From an uncultured Chloroflexia bacterium (lineage in GTDB: Bacteria > Chloroflexota > Limnocylindria > QHBO01): a stretch of 64,000 nt of DNA. The position numbers and the translations under genes were made by a program. This document shows, piece by piece, positions 1 to 10,250 of the stretch. Each line of letters opens with the position of its first letter. Positions within the stretch are counted from its first letter, which is position 1. The notes under the pieces are model-generated. The model was given only the letters and a program-made list of their open reading frames with translations, did not search any database and was not told the origin of the DNA. The stretch is taken from assembly GCA_963797855.1 (NCBI GenBank), contig CAWCQX010000005.1:4443-68442 (forward strand), written 5' to 3'.

Positions 1-1032
1 AGCACCTCGGCCGCGTCGCCCTCGGCCAGCACCGGCATCGGCCTCGGGCAGGTACGGCTCGAGGCGCTCGCCGACGCCGACCGGCCCGGCGCCCGGTCCC
101 CCGCCGCCGTGCGGCGTGCTGAAGGTCTTGTGCAGGTTGAAGTGCATGACGTCGAAGCCGGCCTCGCCCGGGCGGAAGCGGCCGAGGATCGCGTTCAGGT
201 TCGCGCCGTCCATGTACGCGATCGCCCCGGCCTCGTGGACCGCCGCGAGGACCTGGTCGATCTGGTCCTCGAAGATCCCGAGCGTGCTCGGGTTCGTGAT
301 CATCAGGGCGGCGACGTCCGGGCCGAGCGCCTCGCGCAGCGCGTCGAGGTCGATCCCGCCGCGCTCGTTCGAGCGGATCGTGACGGTCTGGTAGCCGACC
401 ATCGTGGCCGTCGCCGGGTTCGTGCCGTGCGACGAGTCCGGCACGAGCACCTTCGTCCGCCGCTCCCCATCTCCGCGGTCGCGGTGGTAGGCGCGGGTCA
501 TCAGCATGCCCGTGAGCTCGCCGTGCGCCCCGGCGGCCGGCTGGAGGCTGACCGCCCCGAAGCCGCTGATCTCCTTCAGCAGCTCCGCCAGCAGCCACAT
601 CAGCTCGAGGCTCCCCTGGCTCAGCGCCTCCGGGTCGAGCGGGTGCGACTGCGCGAATCCGCGCCGCCGGGCGGCCCACTCGTTGACCTTCGGGTTGTAC
701 TTCATCGTGCACGACCCGAGCGGGTAGAAGTTCAGGTCGATCGCCTGGTTGAGGCGCGCCAGCCGGTTGAAGTGGCGCAGGAGCTCCAGCTCGCTGACCT
801 CCGGCAATCGAGGCGCGGCCGCGCGCAGGACCGATGCCGGCAGCTCCGGCTGCCGGGAGGCGCGCTCGCGCGCGATCTCCGATGGCTGCGGGAAGCGAAC
901 GGCGCGTCGCTCCGGCCGGGATCGCTCGAAGATCAGCGGCTCGACGACCTTCAGCTCCTCGCCGCCGGTGGCGCCGGAGAACGCGGCGCCGCGTCCGGAC
1001 GTGTCGGCGCGCGGCGGATCGGCGACGCTCAT
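1..1032 (-). CDS. gcvPB: Glycine dehydrogenase subunit 2 (P-protein beta). Only the N-terminal ~340 codons are present and the gene continues past the window start. Probable frame break near nt 55-62.
   Basis: My own minus-strand translation from ATG 1032 reads [13 protein letters not shown]...[15 protein letters not shown]...[15 protein letters not shown]...[21 protein letters not shown]. There is an ATGA stop/start overlap with gcvPA. It is absent from the ORF track because no stop lies in the window. Confidence 0.88.
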   Translation of the reverse strand, partial: MSVADPPRADTSGRGAAFSGATGGEELKVVEPLIFERSRPERRAVRFPQPSEIARERASRQPELPASVLRAAAPRLPEVSELELLRHFNRLARLNQAIDLNFYPLGSCTMKYNPKVNEWAARRRGFAQSHPLDPEALSQGSLELMWLLAELLKEISGFGAVSLQPAAGAHGELTGMLMTRAYHRDRGDGERRTKVLVPDSSHGTNPATATMVGYQTVTIRSNERGGIDLDALREALGPDVAALMITNPSTLGIFEDQIDQVLAAVHEAGAIAYMDGANLNAILGRFRPGEAGFDVMHFNLHKTFSTPHGGGGPGAGPVGVGERLEPYLPEADAGAGRGRRGRGA

Positions 1033-2372
1033 CGGGTCTCCTCCAGCGCGGTGACGAGCCGGTCGATGTCGTCGTCGGTCGTGAGCTCGGTGGCCGCCAG
1101 CAGCAGGGTGTCGCGCAGCTGCGGCTCGTCGCGCTCGGGCAGGTATCCGGCCACGATCCCGCGCTCGGCGAGCGACGCGTGGCGACGAGCGGCATCGGGC
1201 ACGCGAACCGTGACCTCCGCGAAATACGGTCCGGCAAACCGCGGCTCGGCAAGGCCGGCGTCGGCCAGGGCGGTGACGAGGTGGCGCGCCTGGATCGTCG
1301 ACAGCTCGGCGACCTCGCGCAGTCCGGCCGGCCCGACCGCCGACAGATAGGCGGTCGCCGCCAGCGCCATCAGCGCCTGGTTCGTGCAGATGTTGCTCGC
1401 CGCCTTCTCGCGACGGATGTGCTGCTCGCGCGCCTGCAGGGTGAGGACGTATCCCTTGTGGCCCGCCGCGTCGCGGGTCGCGCCGACGAGGCGTCCGGGC
1501 ATCTGCCGCACCGACGCCATCTTCGCCGCCATCAGCCCGACGTACGGGCCGCCGAAGCTGGCCGGAATGCCGAGCGGCTGTCCCTCCGCGGCCACGAGGT
1601 CGGCGCCGTAGTCGCCGGGGGCGCTGAGCAGCGCCAGGGAGGTCGGCTCCACGACGGCGACGAGCTGGGCGCCCGCGGCGTGCGTCACGTCGGCGAGCTC
1701 CGACATCGGCTCGAGCTGGCCGTAGAAGTTCGGCTGCGCGACGACCAGGCACGCAACGTCGTCCCCGAGCGCCGCGGCCGCCTTCGCCGGCTCGGTCGTG
1801 CCGCTGCCGCCCTCGGCGAGGTCGATCGGGACGGTCACGACCTCGATGCCCGGCCCGGAGCAGTACGTCTCCAGCACGCGCCGGTAGTCGGGGTTGACGC
1901 CGGCCGACACGGCGACGCGCGAGCGCCGCGTGAGGCGGCAGGCCATGAGCGCCGCCTCGGCCGTTGCCGTGGCGCCGTCGTAGTGCGAGGCGCTCGCGAC
2001 CTCCATGCCGGTCAGCTCACAGATCAGCGACTGGAACTCGTAGATGCTCTGGAGCGTGCCCTGCGACACCTCCGGCTGGTATGGCGTGTAGGCGGTCGCG
2101 AACTCCGGGCGGCCGATCACCTCGCCCACGACGGCCGGGACGAGGTGGCGGTACACGCCGGCGCCGAGGAAGCTGACCTCCGGGATCCGGTTGCGGCCGG
2201 CCAGGCGAGCCAGCTCCGCGCGGACCTCCTGCTCGGCGAGCGGCGGCGGGATGTCCCAGGGGCCGGCGCGGACCGAGGCCGGGATGTCGGCGAAGAGATC
2301 CTCGACCGATCCGACGCCGACCGCCTCGAGCATCCGCGCTCGATCGGCATCGGTGTGTGGCGAATAGGTCAT
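1029..2372 (-). CDS. gcvPA: Glycine dehydrogenase subunit 1 (P-protein alpha)
   Basis: Intact 447-aa ORF ([27 protein letters not shown]...). Length and sequence are typical of the split P-protein alpha chain, and it sits between gcvH and gcvPB. Confidence 0.93.
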   Translation of the reverse strand: MTYSPHTDADRARMLEAVGVGSVEDLFADIPASVRAGPWDIPPPLAEQEVRAELARLAGRNRIPEVSFLGAGVYRHLVPAVVGEVIGRPEFATAYTPYQPEVSQGTLQSIYEFQSLICELTGMEVASASHYDGATATAEAALMACRLTRRSRVAVSAGVNPDYRRVLETYCSGPGIEVVTVPIDLAEGGSGTTEPAKAAAALGDDVACLVVAQPNFYGQLEPMSELADVTHAAGAQLVAVVEPTSLALLSAPGDYGADLVAAEGQPLGIPASFGGPYVGLMAAKMASVRQMPGRLVGATRDAAGHKGYVLTLQAREQHIRREKAASNICTNQALMALAATAYLSAVGPAGLREVAELSTIQARHLVTALADAGLAEPRFAGPYFAEVTVRVPDAARRHASLAERGIVAGYLPERDEPQLRDTLLLAATELTTDDDIDRLVTALEETR

Positions 2373-2385
2373 GGGCAGCCCGCGG

Positions 2386-2763
2386 TCAGGCGGTCTCGGC
2401 AGCGTAGCCGTCCGCGTCCAGGAGGCCGTCGAGCTGGGACCGATCGGACATCTCGACCTTCGCGATCCATCCGTCGCCGAACGGGTCGGAGTTCATCAGC
2501 TCCGGCGTGTCGCGCAGCGCGTCGTTGACCTCGACGACCTCCCCGGAGACCGGCGCGAACAGGTCGCTCACGGCCTTCACGCTCTCGACCACGCCGAACG
2601 TCGCGAACTGGCTCAGCGCGGCGCCGACCTCGGGCAGCTCGACGAACACGATGTCGCCCAGCTCATCGGCCGCGAAGCTCGTGATGCCGATCGTCGCGCG
2701 CGAACCCTCCTGGCGGACCCACTCGTGCTCCTTGGAGTAGGACAGGTCGTCGGGGTAGGCCAT
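2386..2763 (-). CDS. gcvH: Glycine cleavage system H protein (lipoyl carrier)
   Basis: 125-aa ORF with the lipoyl-lysine motif VESVKAVSD and the KEHEWV N-terminus. Confidence 0.95.
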   Translation of the reverse strand: MAYPDDLSYSKEHEWVRQEGSRATIGITSFAADELGDIVFVELPEVGAALSQFATFGVVESVKAVSDLFAPVSGEVVEVNDALRDTPELMNSDPFGDGWIAKVEMSDRSQLDGLLDADGYAAETA

Positions 2764-2796
2764 GCGCGCGTGCGTCCTCCTTGGGCGTGCGCCGCG

Positions 2797-3921
2797 TCAG
2801 TCGCGCGGGCGCCGATAGAACGGCAACTTTACCTGCTCGGCCCGATAGGGGCGGTCGCGCACCACGACCTCGAACGCGTTGCCGATGCCGGCCGTCTCCG
2901 CCGCCACCCTGGCCATCGCGATCTTCGTGCCAAGCGTCGGCGACAGGGTCCCGCTCGTCACGCGCCCGACGGGCGCTCCGCCGGCACGCACCTCGTAGCC
3001 GGCGCGCGGGATCGCGTTGTCGACCATCTGGAGGCCGATGAGCTTCCGCGCGGGTCCGGTCTCCTTGACGGCCTCGAGCGCATCGCGGCCGACGAAGTCT
3101 CCCTTCTCGAGCTTGACGACGCGCCCGAGGGCCGCCTCGAACGGGTTCGTGTCTCGATCGAGCTCGTTGCCGTACAGCGGCATGCCGGCCTCGAGCCGCA
3201 GCGTGTCGCGTGCCCCGAGCCCGCACGGACGCAGCCCGGCCGCCGCCCCGGCGCTCGCAACCGCCTCCCACACCTCGCGGGTGCGATCGGCATCGCAGAA
3301 GAGCTCGAAGCCGTCCTCCCCGGTGTAGCCGGTGCGCGCGACGATCGCGGGGACCCCCGCCACCGTTCCCTCGACGGCGTGGTAGTTCCCGAGCGCGTCG
3401 AGGTCGACATCGGTCAGGCCGGACAGGACCGATGCCGCCGCCGGGCCCTGGGGGGCGACCAGGCCCACCTCGTCGCTGCGGTCCTCGAGCTCGACGTCCG
3501 CTCCGTCTCGCGCGTGCAGGTCGGTGAGGTGCGCGACCACCGCGTCCCGGTTCGAGGCGTTGCAGACGACCATGAACCGCTCTCCTCCGAGGCGGTAGAC
3601 GATGAGGTCGTCGATGATGCCGCCGTCGTCCTGGCACAGCATCGAGTACTGGGCCTGGCCGTCGGAGAGCGTCGAGGGATCGCTGACGACCGCGTGGCCC
3701 AGGAAGTCCACCGCGCGGCGCCCGCGCACCTCGACCTCCCCCATGTGCGACAGGTCGAAGAGGCCGACCGCCGAGCGGACCGTGCGGTGCTCCTCGATGA
3801 TCGAGGTGTACTGGACCGGCATCTCGTAGCCGGCGAACGGCACCATCCGCGCCCCGAGGGCGACGTGGAGGTCATGGAGCGGCGTGTGGCGCAGCGGCGT
3901 GGCCGCCGGCGCCTCCGTCAC
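2797..3921 (-). CDS. gcvT: Aminomethyltransferase (glycine cleavage T protein)
   Basis: ORF 2797..4047 trimmed to GTG 3921, which gives a GTGA overlap with the upstream NUDIX stop. Sequence reads ...TPLHDLHVALGARMVPFAGYEMPVQYTS...GLFDLSHMGEVEVRG... Confidence 0.92.
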   Translation of the reverse strand: MTEAPAATPLRHTPLHDLHVALGARMVPFAGYEMPVQYTSIIEEHRTVRSAVGLFDLSHMGEVEVRGRRAVDFLGHAVVSDPSTLSDGQAQYSMLCQDDGGIIDDLIVYRLGGERFMVVCNASNRDAVVAHLTDLHARDGADVELEDRSDEVGLVAPQGPAAASVLSGLTDVDLDALGNYHAVEGTVAGVPAIVARTGYTGEDGFELFCDADRTREVWEAVASAGAAAGLRPCGLGARDTLRLEAGMPLYGNELDRDTNPFEAALGRVVKLEKGDFVGRDALEAVKETGPARKLIGLQMVDNAIPRAGYEVRAGGAPVGRVTSGTLSPTLGTKIAMARVAAETAGIGNAFEVVVRDRPYRAEQVKLPFYRRPRD

Positions 3922-4385
3922 GCGCGCGCCTCGGCGGTGACCGTGTCGGGCCCCGCGCCGGCGCCGAGCGCCTCGGCGGCCTCCTCGACCACCGACCGCT
4001 CCGTGGCGTGCGTCAGCAGGGCGAGGGCCTCGGAGAGGTCGACCCAACGCACCTCGTCGAACTCGGCGTCATGGTCCTCGGGGCTGCCGCCCACGGCGCG
4101 CATGAGGAAGAAGTGCACGGTCTTGTTGAAGCGCGTCGTGCCGCGCACGAAGAAGTAGCGGATGGACCTCAGCGGCCGTTCGATCTCGACCTCGAGCCCG
4201 GTCTCCTCCCGCGTCTCGCGGATGGCGGTCTCCTCGAGGGTCTCGCCCGAATCGGGCGTGCCCTTCGGCAGCGCCCAGAGCGGCGGGCTGCGCCGATGGG
4301 CGAGTGCGACCTGGATGCCCCCGTCGAGCTCGCGGTAGACGACACCACCGGCGGACGTGGCGCGCGCGGTTCGCAGGATCGGCAC
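3918..4385 (-). CDS. NUDIX hydrolase; first gene of the gcv operon
   Basis: 155-aa ORF with a Nudix box GTPDSGETLEETAIRETREETGL. GTG start at 4385. Confidence 0.85.
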   Translation of the reverse strand: MPILRTARATSAGGVVYRELDGGIQVALAHRRSPPLWALPKGTPDSGETLEETAIRETREETGLEVEIERPLRSIRYFFVRGTTRFNKTVHFFLMRAVGGSPEDHDAEFDEVRWVDLSEALALLTHATERSVVEEAAEALGAGAGPDTVTAEARA

Positions 4386-4672
4386 CCCGGAGCCGCTACG
4401 CGCGGCGGGCGCGCGGCAACCCGAACGGGAGCGCGGGGCGTCGGGCAGGCAGGCGCGTGGCCCGACCGACGGCGGGGAACCGGAAGCGGCTGGTCTGGGA
4501 GCGAAGGAGGCTCACGCTCGCCACCGACCGCGCGACGCGGCGCGGACGGTGGTAGACCGTCCGTGGCCGGGCAAGGCCGAGGAGCGACCGATGGCCCGAG
4601 CGGCGGCTCGAACCGAAGTCGATGGATGGGTGGGAGACGAAGCGGGCCACCAGACTCACTCGCATGGTCGGC

Positions 4673-4700
4673 ATTGTACGCCCGGTCGATCGGGGCGCAA
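4673..4700 (-). promoter_or_regulatory. Sigma-70-type promoter candidate for the NUDIX-gcvTHP operon: -35 TTGCGC, 16-nt spacer, -10 TACAAT
   Basis: Minus strand reads TTGCGCCCCGATCGACCGGGCGTACAAT. It lies about 285 nt upstream of the NUDIX GTG. Confidence 0.4.
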
Positions 4701-4729
4701 GCGATTCACGCAACCTGGCTCAGCGCGCG

Positions 4730-5914
4730 GCCACCGCCCGGTAGATCGCCTCGATCTCCGCGACGCGCGCCGAGAGCGCGAACCGGCCCGCATCCTCCCG
4801 CGCGCGCTCGGCCATCCGCGCGCGCCGCGCCCCGTCCTCGACGAGCTCGATCAGCGCCGATCCGAGCCTGAGCCGCGCGCGTGGACTCCGGCTCGGCGGC
4901 GACGATCCGGCCGTCGACCCCGTCGCGGACCGAGTCCGCCACGCCCGGGCCCTCGATCGCGATCGCCGGCAGCCCGGCCGCCAGCGCCTCGGCCAGGACG
5001 AGCCCCTGGGTCTCGGTGCGCGACGCGAAGGCGAAGAGGTCGGCGGCCCGCAGTCGGGCCAATGCCTCGAGGCGCGGGAGGGCGCCCGTCAGGTGGACCC
5101 GGCCGCCGAACGCGGCCGCGCGTCGCCGCAGGCCGTCCTCCGACGGCCCGCCGCCGATCACGAGCAGCCGCACGGCCGCGGCTCGTTCGAACGCGACGGC
5201 CGCGGCGTCGAGGATGACGTCGACGCTCTTCTCCGGCGCGAGCCGCCCGAGCGTGGCGACGACCACGGCGTCGCCCGGCCACCCGGCCTCCGCCCGCGAG
5301 TCGAGGGCCTGCAGCGCCCGGATGCCGTCGACGTCGATGCCGGTCGGCACGACGTGCACGCGGTCGCGGCTGGTCCTCCGGCCACGCGTGAGCGGATCTC
5401 GTCGGCGAGGTCGGTCGAGGGCGCGACGATCGCCGCGCAGCGCGCCCAGAAGCGCCGCAGGTAGGCATCGGTCAGCGCCGATCCCGGTCCGGCCAGCGGG
5501 CCGAGGTAGTGGCCGTAGTCGGCGAAGCGGGTGTGGTGGGTGAAGACGAGCGGAGCCCCGGCGGCGCGCGCCAGGTCGCGCGCGAGGAGGCCGGTCACGA
5601 ACGGCGAGTGCGCGTGGACGACGTCCGGACGCCAGCGTTCGGCGTCGCGCAACGCGCGCGCCCATGGGTTCGGCCACGGCATCCGGTACGCGGGCGGCAC
5701 GAGGCGCGGAAGCTGATACGAGTCGAGCCAGGCGATCTCGGGCTCCGGACCCGGAGACCCGACGGCCTCGGGCCGCGACTCCTCGCGCCGGCCGGGGCGC
5801 GATGACCCGGACCTCGTGGCCGCGGGCGCCGAGGCCGCGCGCCAGGGCATCGACCGAGACGGTCACGCCGGACACGTACGGCAGGTACGACTCGGTGGTC
5901 AGCGCGATCCGCAT
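4730..5914 (-). CDS. Family 4 (GT-B) glycosyltransferase. Three frame breaks at about 5790, 5366 and 4875.
   Basis: Stitched from ORFs 4706..5914 and 5158..5850 plus a third frame at the 3' end. Sequence runs MRIALTTESYLPYVSGV...HAHSPFVTGLLARDLA...VHVVPTGIDVD...ASRTETQGLVLAEALAAGLPAIA...LIELVEDGARRARMAERAREDAGRFALSARVAEIEAIYRAVAAR, with a stop at 4730. Confidence 0.8.
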
Positions 5915-5969
5915 CGGTCAGGTCGCCGGCATCACGGCGGCACTCGAGGGCGCCGCGGAGGCGGGTGAA

Positions 5970-6046
5970 TGGTGGGCGATACTGGATTCGAACCAGTGAC
6001 CTCACGGATGTGAACCGTGCACTCTAACCAGCTGAGCTAATCGCCC
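5970..6046 (-). tRNA. tRNA-Val (anticodon CAC), CCA encoded
   Basis: Reverse complement is GGGCGATTAGCTCAGCTGGTTAGAGTGCACGGTTCACATCCGTGAGGTCACTGGTTCGAATCCAGTATCGCCCACCA. It folds as a cloverleaf with anticodon loop TTCACAT. Confidence 0.93.
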
Positions 6047-6116
6047 ATCGGGAGGGCAGAGTATAGCGATTCGCCGGTCGCCGATCCGCGTGAGGCCGAT
6101 GAGCCGCCGGCGGTCG

Positions 6117-6368
6117 TCAGAGCTGTGCGACGACCCGGACGACGACGCCGATCAGCAGCATCGCGATCAGTGGCGACCAGTCGATCCCGCCCGTCGGAGG
6201 CAGCACCCGCCGGATCGGCGCCAGGATCGGCTCGGTGACCTGGTAGATGAACGCCACGAGCCCGCCGCCGCCCGTGGGGTTCGTCCAGCTGAGGACGACG
6301 CGCGCGATCAGCAGCAGCCAGATGACGGTTGCCAGGAGCCGGATGAAGTTGAGAAGCACCGCCTCCAT
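6117..6368 (-). CDS. yggT: YggT-family membrane protein (cell-division associated)
   Basis: 83-aa ORF, two TM segments, with the family-typical ...RVVLSWTNP...[15 protein letters not shown]. It lies downstream of ftsZ-yggS. Confidence 0.85.
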   Translation of the reverse strand: MEAVLLNFIRLLATVIWLLLIARVVLSWTNPTGGGGLVAFIYQVTEPILAPIRRVLPPTGGIDWSPLIAMLLIGVVVRVVAQL

Positions 6369-6389
6369 GACGTCGGAGGATAGCAGCGA

Positions 6390-7073
6390 TCAGGCCCGCG
6401 GCCCGAACAGCGCGGTGCCGATCCGAACGAGCGTGGCTCCCTCCGCCGCCGCCGCCTCGGCATCGTCGCTCATCCCCATCGACAGCTCCGCCAGCGGCTC
6501 GCCGGACGCCTCCCGCAGCTCGATCGCGCAGCTCTCGCAGCCGCCGGAACGTCGCCCTGGCCTCCTCGTCGGTGGCGCCCATCCGCGCGATCGTCATCAG
6601 GCCGATGACGCTGCCGGCCACCGAGCTCGCCGGCCATGGCGAGCAGCGCCTCCGGCGTCATGCCGCCCTTTGCGGCTTCGCCGGTCACATTGACCTGCAG
6701 CAGGAGCCGAGGGCTGCGGCCCTCCTCGGCCGCCACCCGCGCCAGCTGAGCGAGCAGGCTCGCCGAGTCGACCGAGTGGATGACCTCGAAGCCTCGCACC
6801 GCCCGCCGGGCCTTGTTCGACTGGAGGCGGCCGACGAGGTGCCACTCGGCGGTCGGGAGATCGTGGATCTTCGGCTCCGCCTCCTGGACGCGGCTCTCGC
6901 CGAGCATCGTCAGGCCGGCGGCGACGGCCGCTCGCGCGACCTCGACCGGGTGCGCCTTCGTGACGGCCACGATCCGCAGCCGATCCGGGTCGTGGCGTTC
7001 CGTTCCGCGACGGCCGGAGCCGCGCGAGCAGCCGGTCATGGCGCTCGCGGATCTCGTCGGCGGTCGGGATCAC
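6390..7073 (-). CDS. yggS: YggS/YlmE-family PLP-binding protein. Frame breaks at about 6622 and 6525, and possibly about 7000.
   Basis: Three frames join to give ...DRLRIVAVTKAHPVE...MLGESRVQEAEPK...WHLVGRLQSNKAR...GLMTIARMGATDEEARATFRRLRELR...LAELSMGMSDDAEAAAAEGATLVRIGTALFGPRA. The reconstructed length of about 228 aa is normal for the family. Confidence 0.75.
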
Positions 7074-7108
7074 CAGGCCGGACGACGGGCCGGCAGGCCC
7101 GCATCGGT

Positions 7109-8359
7109 CTAGTCGCTCTTGCGGCGGAGGAAGCTCGGGATGTCGAGGTCCGACTCGTTGTAGGCGGGCCGCTGATCGAGGCTGCCGGAGCTCACCGGGA
7201 GTGGCTTCCGCTCCGACGGCACGACCTCGGTCGCCTCGCGCTCCGACGGTCGGGCGAACGGCGACTCGGTGCCGAGCTGCTCGGTCAGGCTCTGGCGCTG
7301 GTCGCGATCGCGCTCGATCTCGGCGAGGATCTCCCGGCTTCGCTCGTCGAGCGAGGACTCGATCCCCGCGCTCGCATCGGCGCCGAACTTGTTCGTCTTC
7401 ACCTTCCGCGTGCCGTCGAAGCCGGTCGCGATGACGGTGACCTTCACCTCGTCGCGCATCCGGTCGTCGATGACCGTGCCGAAGATGATGTTCGCCTCGG
7501 GGTCGGCGGCCTCCTTGATCACCTCGGCCGCCTCGTTGACCTCGAACAGGCCGAGGTCGCTGCCGCCGGTGACGTTGAAGAGGATGCCGCGCGCGCCGGT
7601 GATGTTGACCTCGAGCAGCGGGCTCATGACCGCGGCACGCGCCGCCTCGACGGCCCGGTTCTCGCCGGTGCCGATGCCGATGCCCATCATCGAGGACCCG
7701 GCCTCGCGCATGATCGTCTTCACGTCGGCGAAGTCGAGGTTGATCAGGCCCGGGACGGTGATCAGGTCGCTGATGCCCTGGACGCCCTGGCGCAGGACGT
7801 CGTCGACGACCCGGAAGGCGTCCACGATCGAGGTCTTCTTGTCGACGACCTCGCGCAGGCGGTCGTTCGGGATCGTGATGAGCGTGTCGACCTTCTCCTT
7901 GAGGAGCTCGGTGTACTGCTCGGCGACGAGCTTTCGCCGCATTCCCTCGAAGCTGAAGGGCTTCGTCACGACCGCCACCGTCAGGCTGCCCAGGTCCTTG
8001 GCGATCTCGGCGATGACCGGCGCCGCGCCCGATCCGGTGCCACCGCCCATGCCGGCGGTGATGAAGATCATGTCGGCGTCCTTGAGCGCCTCGTAGATCT
8101 TCTCGGAGTCCTCCTCGGCCGCTCGCTGGCCGACGCCCGGATCGGCTCCGGCGCCAAGGCCGCGCGTCATCTTGTCGCCGATGCGGATCTTGTGCGGCGC
8201 GTCGCTCTGGAGCAGCGCCTGGGCATCGGTGTTCACGCTGATGAACTCGACGCCCATCATCTCGGCCCGGATCATCCGGTTGACGGCGTTGCTCCCGCCG
8301 CCACCGACCCCGATGACCTTGATGAGTGCGAAGTTCTCGGAGTCCGATCGGAGCGGCAT
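7109..8359 (-). CDS. ftsZ: Cell division GTPase FtsZ
   Basis: ORF 7109..8482 trimmed to ATG 8359, which is preceded by GAGAGGA. Contains the GGGTGSG tubulin signature, NTDAQAL and the C-terminal DIPSFLRR peptide. Intact. Confidence 0.95.
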   Translation of the reverse strand: MPLRSDSENFALIKVIGVGGGGSNAVNRMIRAEMMGVEFISVNTDAQALLQSDAPHKIRIGDKMTRGLGAGADPGVGQRAAEEDSEKIYEALKDADMIFITAGMGGGTGSGAAPVIAEIAKDLGSLTVAVVTKPFSFEGMRRKLVAEQYTELLKEKVDTLITIPNDRLREVVDKKTSIVDAFRVVDDVLRQGVQGISDLITVPGLINLDFADVKTIMREAGSSMMGIGIGTGENRAVEAARAAVMSPLLEVNITGARGILFNVTGGSDLGLFEVNEAAEVIKEAADPEANIIFGTVIDDRMRDEVKVTVIATGFDGTRKVKTNKFGADASAGIESSLDERSREILAEIERDRDQRQSLTEQLGTESPFARPSEREATEVVPSERKPLPVSSGSLDQRPAYNESDLDIPSFLRRKSD

Positions 8360-8474
8360 GTCGGGTGATCCTCTCGATGAGTGCTGGGCAAACCCGAGGG
8401 CTTCGACGGGTTTGACCGATTCTAACGACCGCCGTATGACGGCGTCGGACGTTTTTCCACATCCGGGCACGGAG

Positions 8475-8483
8475 TTATCCACA
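8475..8483 (+). promoter_or_regulatory. Perfect DnaA-box 9-mer TTATCCACA in the ftsA-ftsZ intergenic region
   Basis: Exact match on the plus strand. Weaker GTCCAC-containing 9-mers lie a few tens of nt away. Confidence 0.3.
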
Positions 8484-8576
8484 CTGGGCGAGTTCGGCGT
8501 GGACGGAGTGAGGCGATGTCCACCGCCTCGAGCGGCGGATCAGCGGCGAAGCGCGTCGACTCGCGATGGCAACGCC

Positions 8577-9813
8577 CTAGCCGGGGAACAGGTTTCGCAC
8601 CCACTCGCCGACGCGCGAGAGCGGGTTCGTGCCGTTGGCCGTGCCGTAGCCGATCGGCTCCTCGCCGAGGTGGTGGGCGCCCCACAGCAGGAGGCCGATG
8701 GGGGTGGCGAACGCCGGGTTGCCGATCTGGTCCATGAGCCCACCGACGCCCTGCGGCGAGCCGGCGCGCACGGGCATCTCGAGCGTGTCGCGGGCGAGGA
8801 CCTCGACGCCGGCGAGGCGGGCCGCGCCGCCGGTGAGGACGGCGCCGGCCGGCAGCATCCCCGCGTGCCCCGAGCGCTTCACCTCTTCGCGGATGAGGCT
8901 GAAGATCTCGCCCATCCGCGCCTCGATGATCTCGCACAGCTTCCGGCGCTGGATCGTCTGCCCGCCCGACTCCCCGAGCACCGCCACGTTGAGCAGCTCC
9001 TGCGGCTCGACCTCGGCCAGGTTGGCGGTGCCGTGCTTGATCTTGATCTCCTCGGCCAGGTTCAGGCTCGTGCGCAGGCCGATCGCGACGTCGTTGGTGA
9101 CATTGATCCCGCCGACCGGCAGCACGGCGGTGTGGTAGACCGCGCCGTCGACGAAGATCGCGATGTCGGTCGTGCCGCCGCCGATATCGGCCACCAGCAC
9201 GCCGAGCTCCTTCTCGGTATCGGTCAGGGTCGCCTCGGCCGCCGCCAGCGAGCTGATGACCATCTCGTCGATCTGGACGCCGGCGCCGAGTGACGCACTT
9301 CGAGAGGTTCTGGACCGATGTCGCCGCGCCGGCGACGATGTGGGTCTCGACCTCCAGCCGGACCGCCGACATCCCGAGCGGGTCCTTGATCCCCTCCTGG
9401 CCGTCGACGATGTAGCCGCGCGGCACGACGTGGAGGATCTCGCGGTTCGAGGGGACCTGGACGGCCTTGGCCGCATCGGTCGCGCGACCGACGTCCTCGC
9501 GGCTCACCTCGCGCTTGTGGCCGGAGACCGCCACGACGCCGCGCGAGTTCTGGGAGCTGATGTGCGAGCCGCCGACGGCGACGAAGGCGGAGCTGATCTT
9601 GTACCCGGAGAGGCGCTCGGCCTTCTCGACGCTCGAGCCGATCGAGTTCACGGTCTGGTCGATGTTCGCGACCATCCCCTTCTTCATCCCCACGGACGGC
9701 GCGATCCCGTAGCCGATGACGTTCACGTCACCGGCTCTGCCGACCTCACCGATGAGGGTCGTGACCTTCGTCGTGCCCGCGTCGATTCCGACCAGGACAG
9801 CTTCGCGTTCCAA
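8577..9813 (-). CDS. ftsA: Cell division protein FtsA (actin-like ATPase). One frame break at about 9293.
   Basis: The N-terminal part comes from ORF 8422..9813 (GIDAGTTKV...) and the C-terminal part from ORF 8577..9476 (VADIGGGTTDIAIF...). TTG start at 9813 follows GGGAGGTAGC. Confidence 0.9.
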
Positions 9814-9867
9814 GCTACCTCCCGCTCCGGGCGTGCTCGATGAGCGCGCCTTCGGTGAAGGCCGAGC

Positions 9868-10191
9868 CTACAGGAAGTGGCGTCGAATGAGCGCGACGTT
9901 CTGGAAGATGCGCAGGCCGAAGGCGAAGAGCGCGACGAGGTAGAGGTCGATCCCCAGCCGGTCGCCGACGAACGTCAGCGCCACGGCGACCAGCGTGTTC
10001 GTGATGAAGCCGGAGATGAAGATCCGGTTGTCGTAGTGGTCGTCCAGCTCGGCGCGGATCGCTCCCAGGACCGAGTCGAGGCCGGCGAGGATGGCGACCG
10101 CCGAGTACCGCGCCAGGTCGGGGCTCACGTTGACGTTGAGCACCAGACCAAGCGCGATCCCGAGCGCAAGGCCAATCAGCGGAAGCCACAT
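9868..10191 (-). CDS. sbp: Small basic protein Sbp (DUF1290 family membrane protein)
   Basis: 107-aa ORF. It occupies the position between ftsQ and ftsA as in the Bacillus dcw cluster, and has the hydrophobic DUF1290-like sequence ...GLDSVLGAIRA...RIFISGF.. Confidence 0.8.
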   Translation of the reverse strand: MWLPLIGLALGIALGLVLNVNVSPDLARYSAVAILAGLDSVLGAIRAELDDHYDNRIFISGFITNTLVAVALTFVGDRLGIDLYLVALFAFGLRIFQNVALIRRHFL

Positions 10192-10250
10192 CTGGGGCGG
10201 TCCCGAACGGAGGGTCTCGGCGCGTGATCGGCGGCTGCCCGGCCATCACG

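Noticed and set aside
4396-4713. A 105-aa Arg-rich ORF in the gcv leader
   Set aside because: Its composition (R/S/P/A-rich) shows no family resemblance. It spans the predicted promoter and lacks a ribosome-binding site. It is most likely non-coding.
4386-4729. Glycine riboswitch, RNase P-like or SRP-like RNA in the gcv leader
   Set aside because: The glycine aptamer core motifs are absent on the sense strand. Fragments resembling RNase P (CCGATGGCCCG, GCAAGGCC) are out of order, the universal GAGGAAAGUCC is missing, and the real rnpB is at 24927-25262. There is no GGAAGCAGCC-type SRP domain IV. The region is kept only as an unexplained structured leader.
834-8368. Long plus-strand ORFs (834..2528, 2371..4158, 4008..4871, 6572..8368 and many similar ones elsewhere, such as 39966..41624 and 54666..56495) lying antisense to recognised genes
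   Set aside because: Their translations are Arg/Gly/Asp/Pro-rich with no family resemblance, and each lies opposite a well-supported gene. This is the typical shadow-ORF effect in ~70 % GC DNA.
7109-8482. The 41-codon N-terminal extension of FtsZ in the ORF track
   Set aside because: The internal ATG 8359 is preceded by GAGAGGA and gives the canonical FtsZ N-terminus. The extension has no family resemblance and covers the intergenic DnaA box.
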